Source: a virus
Taxonomy: Duplodnaviria > Caudoviricetes
DNA: 64,000 nucleotides
Reading direction: 5' to 3' (one strand)
Virus record (IMG/VR): IMGVR_UViG_3300033121_001564
Location: 34,476-98,475 of that record
Positions 57,104-64,000 of the stretch are shown piece by piece (position 1 is the stretch's first letter; each line of letters begins with the position of its first letter). Under the pieces are notes generated by a model. The model was not told the DNA's origin. It did not search any database and saw only the letters and a program-made list of their open reading frames with translations. The translations under genes were made by a program, and so were the position numbers.

Positions 57104-57651
57104 GTGCTCGATCCCTCGGTAATGATCTTGGGAATCTCCGGCTGCTGGTCCCTCGTGTACAGCCAGTCCCGGACGCGGGCGCAGGCGACCTCACACCACG
57201 AGACGTAGGCTTTCGGGTTCGGAATGCTCATCGGCGGGGCGGACTCCGTAGCGTTCCCGCGATAGACTGTGAACGTGACCCGGATGTTGCCGAGCCACAC
57301 CCCGCCGGGTGCTGGGAGTCTGACGACGGCCTGACGGCACCCCATCGCGAGCCGGACGTAGTACCCCGGCGGCGACACCTCGCCATCGTCCAGGGGGACC
57401 GCCCGATTGTTCCCGTCCACCGTTGGGCCGAAGTCCACGACGGGCAGGCCGAACGTCCTGACCGCGCAGTCGAGGAAGCGGAGCGCTTCTTGCTTGACCG
57501 CGTCAGGTATTGGCTCCCGCCGGGCTGGACGCGGACCTTCCGCATCCAACTCAACGTTGTGGCAACTCAGGATGACTCGCTCGCGAAGGTCGCGGAGCAC
57601 CTGTTCGTGGCACGGGCAGGAGATGATGGACTGCCCAACGTAATAACCCAT
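57100..57651 (-). CDS. Hypothetical protein
   Basis: Coupled; 183 aa. Confidence 0.6.
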   Translation of the reverse strand: MGYYVGQSIISCPCHEQVLRDLRERVILSCHNVELDAEGPRPARREPIPDAVKQEALRFLDCAVRTFGLPVVDFGPTVDGNNRAVPLDDGEVSPPGYYVRLAMGCRQAVVRLPAPGGVWLGNIRVTFTVYRGNATESAPPMSIPNPKAYVSWCEVACARVRDWLYTRDQQPEIPKIITEGSST

Positions 57652-57654
57652 AAC

Positions 57655-58452
57655 TCAATCCCTCTTCGCCCCGAAGAACCCCCACCCGCCATGCCGGGGC
57701 TCGTCGATGCGGATGTCGCCGAAACCCAGCTCCTTCAGCCGGCTCGCCAGCCAGGAGCGGTTGCAGCCGGACGGGGCGTAGTTCTCGTGGTACTCGCCGA
57801 TGATCTCCTGGACGTTGGAGAAGACCGTCGGACTGCCGTGTGCGAGGATGCCCCATTCGGCACCCTCGCAGTCCAGTTTCAGCAGGCGGATGCGATCCTC
57901 CATCCAGTAGGCGCAGATACCCCTCACAACCCGGTCGAAGGTCTCGACGGACACCACCACGCCTTCCCATCGACTGTCCGCCAGCAGAGAATGCGATCCC
58001 GTCTGGAATGCTCCGTGCGGGGAAACGAGCACAGAAGGCTCCGCTGCTGACACGGAGCCCAGGACGGCGAATCGCTTTGGCATCGGATCCATGCCCATGC
58101 GGTTCAGGACCGTCAGGTTGTCCACCAGTAACTGGTAATTCGCCGGATGGGGCTCGTGGCAGCCAATTCGTCGGCAGCCCCGGTCGAACGCCGCCAACGC
58201 GAACGACCCGGTGTGCGCGCCGATATCCAGCACCACGTCGGTGTTGGCAAACCACATCCCCCTCAGCCCGTACTCGTCCTGGGTCACGACTGCCGTGAAG
58301 ATGTCCCGGTCGCTCGTGTCCTCGCGCAATGTCCAGCCCGGTGGCGCCTCGATTCGTACCAGCGACTCTTCGAGGCTCACATGGTCGAACCGGTGCAGTT
58401 CCGTGTAGCGGTCGTGGATGCCGCAAGACAGAACCCACTCACGCGGGGGCAT
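57655..58452 (-). CDS. FkbM-family methyltransferase
   Basis: VLDIGAHTGSF, EP...NY, LKLDCEGAE, GEYH. Confidence 0.92.
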   Translation of the reverse strand: MPPREWVLSCGIHDRYTELHRFDHVSLEESLVRIEAPPGWTLREDTSDRDIFTAVVTQDEYGLRGMWFANTDVVLDIGAHTGSFALAAFDRGCRRIGCHEPHPANYQLLVDNLTVLNRMGMDPMPKRFAVLGSVSAAEPSVLVSPHGAFQTGSHSLLADSRWEGVVVSVETFDRVVRGICAYWMEDRIRLLKLDCEGAEWGILAHGSPTVFSNVQEIIGEYHENYAPSGCNRSWLASRLKELGFGDIRIDEPRHGGWGFFGAKRD

Positions 58453-58666
58453 CGGCGGACTCCGGGGGGCTCGTGGCAGCCAGCGCCCGCTCGACGAACA
58501 GGTTCAGCGCCTGCGCCACGACATCGTTGTCACTGAGCCGGACGCAGCGACAAACGCACCGTCCGACGGCGTCCACCACCTCCCGGTCACCGCCAGGGGC
58601 GAACGGGCAGACCCACACGCCGAGCAGCGTACGACCGGTGGCGGATTCATGATGAACAGAAGACAT
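58439..58666 (-). CDS. Small hypothetical protein
   Basis: GGAG RBS. Confidence 0.6.
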   Translation of the reverse strand: MSSVHHESATGRTLLGVWVCPFAPGGDREVVDAVGRCVCRCVRLSDNDVVAQALNLFVERALAATSPPESADAPA

Positions 58667-58705
58667 GGCGGTCTCCGGTAAGGTCAGGGTAATGCCAGGG
58701 AAAAG

Positions 58706-58960
58706 TCAGTCGTACCCCCATGATGCCGCGATCTCGCAAAACCTCTCGTACTCAGGACTGCCAGGGCGCCCGGACAGTTCCGACACGGGAGTTCCCAGCG
58801 CTTGCGGCCCTCCCGGGTTGCACCCGGGACAGTCCGCCCTTGCTGACGAGGATTCAGAAGCGAAGAAATATTTGTCGCCAGGGGGGAGTTCGGGGCCGAT
58901 TCCACAGGCAAACTTGCGCTTGCAATTCTTGGCCTCGTTATCGATACGGATGTGGATCAT
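58706..58960 (-). CDS. Small Cys-containing protein
   Basis: Coupled; CPGC. Confidence 0.6.
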   Translation of the reverse strand: MIHIRIDNEAKNCKRKFACGIGPELPPGDKYFFASESSSARADCPGCNPGGPQALGTPVSELSGRPGSPEYERFCEIAASWGYD

Positions 58961-59124
58961 GACTTTAGCCGCCTCTCACGAAACTTCAGGTAGAGGGATT
59001 CTCCCTTGGCCAACCACCACTCGTGAAAACATGCGGCGTCATCGTCACCGTTGAAGCTCAACAGCACCTCGTGCTCGTACACTTCACGGGTGAACTCACT
59101 TTTCACCTCCACAATATCACCCAT
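58957..59124 (-). CDS. Small hypothetical protein
   Basis: GGAG RBS; coupled. Confidence 0.55.
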   Translation of the reverse strand: MGDIVEVKSEFTREVYEHEVLLSFNGDDDAACFHEWWLAKGESLYLKFRERRLKS

Positions 59125-59323
59125 GCCTTGGCTCCACAGTTTCCGCATGGTCGGCAACCTTGTCCCTGGCCTGGATCAGAAGGTTGACGGCGTCAGTCAG
59201 GAGCGGATGGGCGCCGGCATCTTCCACGGCACGCATCGCGTCAGCGATCGCCTTTTCGGCAGGGGTCCACATGAGCGTGTCGTTACGAGAAGGGAAACCG
59301 AAAGCGTTCAGCTTGGGTCGCAT
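59117..59323 (-). CDS. Small hypothetical protein
   Basis: TPAEKAI..AM.AVE.AGAHPLLTDAV.LL..AR.KVAD. Confidence 0.65.
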   Translation of the reverse strand: MRPKLNAFGFPSRNDTLMWTPAEKAIADAMRAVEDAGAHPLLTDAVNLLIQARDKVADHAETVEPRHG

Positions 59324-59358
59324 ACCATCTCTCCGCTTGTCTCTGAAGGTTTGCACGA

Positions 59359-59415
59359 TCAGACCCACACGCCAAGCAGCGTACGACCGGTCGATTCTTC
59401 GCGGAACACGTTCAT
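59359..59415 (-). pseudogene. 18-codon truncated paralog of the 58439-58666 gene start
   Basis: MNVFREESTGRTLLGVWV* versus MSSVHHESATGRTLLGVWVCP. Confidence 0.55.
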
Positions 59416-60752
59416 TCGTCTCCTCCCAGGGGCATCGCCCCGCACGGAAACACCACCGAACACCACTGATCCGCCGGCCGGGTCGTCGGGTCTGCCTCGA
59501 GGATCGGTCGCAGGATCATCCTCTGCACCCGAAACGGAGCCCGCGCCTCAAATGTGTACAATCCGGCTCGATATACTCTTCGACCATTCCGCTCCACAGA
59601 GTCGTGGAAGAAGCACCAGTATTCCTCCCCCACGCGCACCGGGGACGCTCCACCCCGCAGTTCCCCACCAGTCCACGGGGCACGGGTCGGGGTCGTGTAC
59701 GCCAGCGTTGCCTTCTCGCCCTCGATGCGGAGGATCGTGTGCGGCGCCACGCGATAGACGGCGAACAGTTCCCCGTCGTGGGAGAAGAACTGCCAGTTCT
59801 TTTCCCAGTCGTTGCGCTTGTCATAGGCGGGATAGTAGACCTGCTCGACCGTGAGGTCTTCCGTGAGGCGAGCATACAGCACACTCGTGTGGTGGAGTGT
59901 GTTGAGTCGTGCCACCACACCGACGTAGCCGACGTGCATCCTCCCGGCGTGCCAGAACAGCCGGACATCCTCCCTGCCGTAGGGCGCCTCGCGGGCGTGG
60001 TACAACTCCAGCTTCCAGGGTTGACCCGTTGGGGCGAAGGTCTCGTCCAGCCAGCCCAGGTAGATTTCGCTGCCGCGCCAGCCAGTCCTGTAGGCGAACA
60101 GATAACCGGGCTTTCCGGGGACCTGCAGGATGGAGGAGTTGAAGCGCAGTCCAGGCGCCCCTGGCCAGGCGCTGCGTTCGTCGAGCCTGCGAAGGTAGCT
60201 CGGCGCCTCGGGCCCGGCGATGGGTCCGCGCTCGCGGGCGTGCAACCTCGCGGAAGCCTCGAGGCGAGCCTGCCCCAGAGGCACGAAGTCCGGGCACTTC
60301 TGGCAGAAGGTGATGCCCCGATCCTTGACGGCGCGGTTCTGCACGCACTTCTCGTGCTTGCCCTCGCCGCAGTGGTAGACAGGTTCCTCGAGGTGTCTCT
60401 GCCCGCACGCAGCGCATCCAGCCGTCTCGCCGGTCGGCTCGCCCCGGTGGGCGCAAACGCCACGCCACAGCCCCCGGGCGACCAGAGGTGCGAAGCGGTC
60501 GTGGTCGGTCAGTGTTGCCGCTGGCGTTGCCGTGGGAGGCACGACAGGAGGGCGCTCGGCTCCTGGCGTCAGGTCCCGGCGCCAGCGCTTGCGGTAGTGC
60601 TGGGACTTCGATTCGGAGCAGGGGAACTCCGCCGTGCAGTTGCCCGAGCAGACGCGCCAGGCGTAGTCGGTCTGGTTGCGGTTGTAGCGCTTGCAGTGCC
60701 CGGGGCCGGGACACTCGCAGGGAGGCTCGTCGGGTTGGGGGAGAGGAATCAC
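59412..60752 (-). CDS. Cys-rich N-terminus plus GH130/GT91-like beta-propeller glycan enzyme
   Basis: FNSSI..AYR..SEI, GREDVRL, EKNWQFF, LRGG, VVFPCGA. Confidence 0.72.
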   Translation of the reverse strand: MIPLPQPDEPPCECPGPGHCKRYNRNQTDYAWRVCSGNCTAEFPCSESKSQHYRKRWRRDLTPGAERPPVVPPTATPAATLTDHDRFAPLVARGLWRGVCAHRGEPTGETAGCAACGQRHLEEPVYHCGEGKHEKCVQNRAVKDRGITFCQKCPDFVPLGQARLEASARLHARERGPIAGPEAPSYLRRLDERSAWPGAPGLRFNSSILQVPGKPGYLFAYRTGWRGSEIYLGWLDETFAPTGQPWKLELYHAREAPYGREDVRLFWHAGRMHVGYVGVVARLNTLHHTSVLYARLTEDLTVEQVYYPAYDKRNDWEKNWQFFSHDGELFAVYRVAPHTILRIEGEKATLAYTTPTRAPWTGGELRGGASPVRVGEEYWCFFHDSVERNGRRVYRAGLYTFEARAPFRVQRMILRPILEADPTTRPADQWCSVVFPCGAMPLGGDE

Positions 60753-60792
60753 GACTTACCTCCCATTGCAAGGCGATGCAAAGTAGCAGTCC

Positions 60793-60885
60793 GAAGTAAT
60801 GCAAAATGCAAAATGTAGAATGCAAAATGCAAAATGGAATCCGGATTGTCTCTTTTCATCCTTCATCCTTCATCCTTCATCCTTT
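60793..60885. repeat. Heptamer element C (hybrid arms)
   Basis: (TGCAAAA)n left arm and (TTCATCC)4 right arm. Confidence 0.9.
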
Positions 60886-62188
60886 ATCGCATCACCCGAA
60901 CCGACACCCACCCGTTGCAGCACGCCGTATCCCCCATCGAACACGGCGTCGTGGTCGTCTGTCTGTCCACCGTGCCCGAGAAGTCCGGTGGGGCGCAACT
61001 GCAGCCTCCGTCGCAGAACGTCAACTGGCTCCAGCTCATCGGCATCTCGTTCCACTGCCAGGTACACTCGCCGCAGGGCGCGCTGGCGCTGCCCGAGACG
61101 TAGATCAAGAACTCCACGTCCAGGTTTTCCATGTCTCGCGCCCGCACGAAGGCGTAGCCCGTGCCAGTCGTGTCCGCGCCGCAGATGATGTCAAAAATCA
61201 GTGTGACCCAGCCCGTCCCCGGCCAGGAGCCCGAGCCCGCGCCGCCATCCTCGCAGCGCATTCGCAGCGTCAAGGGTTGGCCGCAACCGGTTCCCAGGTA
61301 GTACCACTGGGTCAGGACGTAGGGCAGAGCCACCGTACCGTTCAGGCAGGCACAGTCCGAGTCGATGGCCGTGATCGTCGCCACCAGCCCGCAGGTCATG
61401 ATGGAGCAGGTCTCGGGAACCTCACCCGAGTAGTAGCACTTGTTGCGCTTGGCCACGAGCGGTTTGCCGTCCAGGAAGCCGATGTGCCGTGCCCAGACGA
61501 CGTCGTAGCAGTTGGCGACGACCCAGATGTTGATCGTTCCCGTGGTGGTCGTCTGGGATTCGATGCAGTCGCAGCAACTGGGCAAGGTGATGTTGCCGAA
61601 GTTGATGATCAGCGGGTCGATGCACTGAGGCAGCACATCCACGCAGCCCTCGTCGCAACCGATCCACGACAGCCGGAATGTCGGGATGAAATCCGGCGGT
61701 CCGCCCGGCAGACAGGAAACCGCCAGGAGCAGATCCCCGCCGCGCAGGCTCAGGGTTCCGTACCACTGGTTCGTCGTGGACGGGTAGCCGTAGGGCTCAC
61801 AACCCGACCCGCCCGGGATTGCCTGGGAACCGCCGGGGAACCCGGCAAAACTGAACACGATCCGCCCGTGGTGCGCGGACAGACAGTTCTCCACGTCGAG
61901 AACGTGTCCGTACATCTCGTGCGGGATCCGCTTGCCGTTGGGCAGACAGGTCTCGTCTCCCGTGTCGTCCGTCGGAGGGTCAGCGTTGGCCCGAAAGGCG
62001 ATGTCGTTGCAGCAATCGAGAGCGGCAGCGACGATGGGTACGGACAGCGCGATGTACTCGATGTGCCGGGCCGCCTGGTTCGTGCTCAGCCCGTTCTCGA
62101 TGCAGATATCGAACGGCAACTCCTTCAGGAGCTTCAATCCTGCGGAGGTGTAGTCGATGTGCCGCGCCGGGACGACGAAATCCGACAT
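60884..62188 (-). CDS. Cys-rich putative tail/receptor-binding protein
   Basis: Very Cys/Gly/Thr-rich; GGAGG RBS; function inferred from context. Confidence 0.6.
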   Translation of the reverse strand: MSDFVVPARHIDYTSAGLKLLKELPFDICIENGLSTNQAARHIEYIALSVPIVAAALDCCNDIAFRANADPPTDDTGDETCLPNGKRIPHEMYGHVLDVENCLSAHHGRIVFSFAGFPGGSQAIPGGSGCEPYGYPSTTNQWYGTLSLRGGDLLLAVSCLPGGPPDFIPTFRLSWIGCDEGCVDVLPQCIDPLIINFGNITLPSCCDCIESQTTTTGTINIWVVANCYDVVWARHIGFLDGKPLVAKRNKCYYSGEVPETCSIMTCGLVATITAIDSDCACLNGTVALPYVLTQWYYLGTGCGQPLTLRMRCEDGGAGSGSWPGTGWVTLIFDIICGADTTGTGYAFVRARDMENLDVEFLIYVSGSASAPCGECTWQWNEMPMSWSQLTFCDGGCSCAPPDFSGTVDRQTTTTPCSMGDTACCNGWVSVRVMR

Positions 62189-62198
62189 GCCGCCTCCA

Positions 62199-63815
62199 TC
62201 AACTGGCCACGACGATCCGCACCTCGTCTCCGTCCTGCCAGATCCCCAGATCCTGGTCCCAGTAGCGGTGGAACGCCACGGCGTATCCGTCGCCGTCCAC
62301 CTCGCCCGTCAGTCGGAACAGATCTTCCCAGGCCATCTCCTCGAACAGGTAGAAGTTGCCGGAACCCTTACGCAGGCGGACGATGCTCTTGGGCTGGATG
62401 ACGTTGGCCAGGCTTCCCGAGCCCCAGTCGTTGTTGACCGGGACGTCCAGGTTCCGGGTCGAGTAGGCCGGGCCCGCGGGTCCCGACCAGCCGCCTCGCG
62501 TCGGCGTCGTCGAATAAGTGAGTCCGCCGAAGATCCCCGTGCTCGAATCGTTCATCCGCACCCAGTCGTAGGTAATCCACGGTGCCAGGCTGTGATCCTT
62601 CTCGATCAGCATGGCCAGGAAACTCGTGTCTCCCTCGTCGGGGCTCTCCTCGTGGTCGAGGAACGGTCCCCGGTAGACGCGCGTGCTCAGTATCTCCGCT
62701 CCGTGCTCGAACTCGACGACCTGCGTGTGTCCTTCCATGAGCCAGGGCAGGATACCCTCGTAGCGTGCCTCCGCGCGTGCCAGCCGCCAGAGATACCAGT
62801 CGCGGGCCAGCCGGCGGGCGTAGGCCGTGTGCGTGCTCGCGTCGGACGGCATGACCGGGTAGAGGAGCTTCTTGCCCTGCCAGCCGCCCACCATGCCGTA
62901 CTCGGCCAGCGACAGGCTCGACAGGGTAACAGTCTCGGTCGTCGATTCGGCGCCGCCCAGTCCCATCGCGGTCACGACGACGACCGAGGCGGGGACGAGA
63001 CTCTTGAGATCCTGTCCGGGCGGGCCCGCTGGGTTCGCGAAGTCGTACTCGTGTCCCGCCAGTCGCTTCTGCGGGTCGGATGCGGTGTTCTCGAGAGCGA
63101 GGTTCGTGGTCATCCGCGTCAGGGACTCGCTCGCCGACATGGCGTAGACCGTGCCGTCGAGCCTGCGAACGATCCGCTGCCCGCACGCGGCGGCCAGCGC
63201 GTCGAGGATCAACGGCGCCGGTCGGTACGAGGAAGCGAGCTGCGTACTCGGTGTGCTGTAATCGGCATGGATATCGTCGTACTGGATGCTCGCGGGTAAC
63301 TCCAGGAGCGTTCGCATCTGTGAGTAGGCTTCCGCGAACGTCGTGGAGCCGTTCAAAGAGAGAGTCCCGCCGCGATACCACCAGAAGAACCGCTCGTCCA
63401 CCAGCGTCAACAGATACAGGCCCGGCGTGTAACGATCGACCCGATCGAGGGCTCGGGGAGGCAGCATCCACATGGATGTGGTGACGGTGTGCTTGCCATC
63501 GGCGATGACCAGATCCGCGGGCCGGTAGGAGTAACTCCCCGAGGCGGAGTAGACGTAGTCCCGAATGTCCTTCAGTCCGGGCTCATCGACGAGGTAGTGA
63601 CCGTAACTGAACCGGCTCGCGCCACTCGGCCAGACGAGCGTGCCGAAGCGGAAAGGATGCGTTGGCCAGCGTCCTTTCCAGCCAAAAGCGGCGCCACGAT
63701 CCGGCCAGGTCCGCTCGGCCCACTGCGGGATCGTCCGCGGATCGAGCATGGCCGTGACGTGAGCCTGGAGATCGTCGGTCGGGTGGATGAGCGAGACGTT
63801 GGCGTAGGATAGCAT
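62199..63815 (-). CDS. Putative tail/baseplate-associated protein
   Basis: 538 aa; LLTLVDERFFW and LDALAAACGQRIV resemble hub-type proteins; function inferred. Confidence 0.55.
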   Translation of the reverse strand: MLSYANVSLIHPTDDLQAHVTAMLDPRTIPQWAERTWPDRGAAFGWKGRWPTHPFRFGTLVWPSGASRFSYGHYLVDEPGLKDIRDYVYSASGSYSYRPADLVIADGKHTVTTSMWMLPPRALDRVDRYTPGLYLLTLVDERFFWWYRGGTLSLNGSTTFAEAYSQMRTLLELPASIQYDDIHADYSTPSTQLASSYRPAPLILDALAAACGQRIVRRLDGTVYAMSASESLTRMTTNLALENTASDPQKRLAGHEYDFANPAGPPGQDLKSLVPASVVVVTAMGLGGAESTTETVTLSSLSLAEYGMVGGWQGKKLLYPVMPSDASTHTAYARRLARDWYLWRLARAEARYEGILPWLMEGHTQVVEFEHGAEILSTRVYRGPFLDHEESPDEGDTSFLAMLIEKDHSLAPWITYDWVRMNDSSTGIFGGLTYSTTPTRGGWSGPAGPAYSTRNLDVPVNNDWGSGSLANVIQPKSIVRLRKGSGNFYLFEEMAWEDLFRLTGEVDGDGYAVAFHRYWDQDLGIWQDGDEVRIVVAS

Positions 63816-63860
63816 ATCGCCAGAATGCTATCCTGGGAGGAGGAAATGCAAATCACCGAT

Positions 63861-63997
63861 CAGAAGTAATGCAAAATGCAAAATGCAAAGTGCAAAATGG
63901 AAATGCGGACTGATCCTGTCTTCCATTTTGCATTCTACATTTTGCATTCTACATTTTGCATTCTACATTTTGCATTTTGCATTTTGCATTACTGAGT
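63861..63997. repeat. Heptamer hairpin element D
   Basis: Same ends as element B: CAGAAGTAATGC...GCATTACTGAGT. Confidence 0.92.
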
Positions 63998-64000
63998 TTT

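Larger units (their letters stand above)
58608..59391. repeat. 32-bp direct repeat pair (58608-58639, 59360-59391) flanking three small genes
   Basis: CAGACCCACACGCC(G/A)AGCAGCGTACGACCGGT, one mismatch. Confidence 0.88.
1..64000. mobile_element. Tailed bacteriophage/prophage segment (Mu-like head module; probable Planctomycetes host); both ends lie outside the window
   Basis: Terminases, portal, protease, capsid, gp36-like adaptor, replication initiator plus DnaB, dense small coupled ORFs; no recognisable host genes. Confidence 0.93.

Noticed and set aside
45241-63997. Heptamer elements as CRISPR arrays
   Set aside because: They are 7-bp tandem units without unique regularly spaced spacers, and no cas genes are present.
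1-64000. Diversity-generating retroelement, retron, integrase/att site, or stop-codon recoding
   Set aside because: I recognised no reverse transcriptase or recombinase motifs and no TR/VR pair, and genes read through normally in the standard code.

Overview
The whole 64 kb looks like one GC-rich tailed phage or prophage segment. I recognised no host housekeeping genes, integrase, rRNA or CRISPR array. A Planctomycetes (Gemmataceae-like) host is inferred from several TIGR02996-type domains. The + strand (1-46 kb) carries, in order: an HNH-SF2 helicase; a replication initiator with an internal iteron origin; DnaB; many small early genes; a promoter-to-terminator structured-RNA unit; TerS and TerL (mini-intein); an accessory block (DndC-like PAPS reductase, MazG-like enzyme, dCMP deaminase, SLOG); and a Mu-like head module. 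In that module two giant proteins lie between portal and protease. One is a ~3080-aa DarB-like methyltransferase/helicase with a class 3 intein and a probable nested out-of-frame gene. The - strand (46-64 kb) carries an XRE-controlled operon, a ParB-like gene, a DNA methyltransferase, a protease/collagen/membrane cluster, glycan-modifying genes and Cys-rich putative tail genes. The most unusual signals are four intergenic heptamer-repeat hairpin elements with shuffled arms and flipped spacers, the nested gene, the tRNA-like RNA unit, and a shared leader/cleavage-like motif in the giant head proteins. All family calls come from motifs recognised by eye, not database searches.
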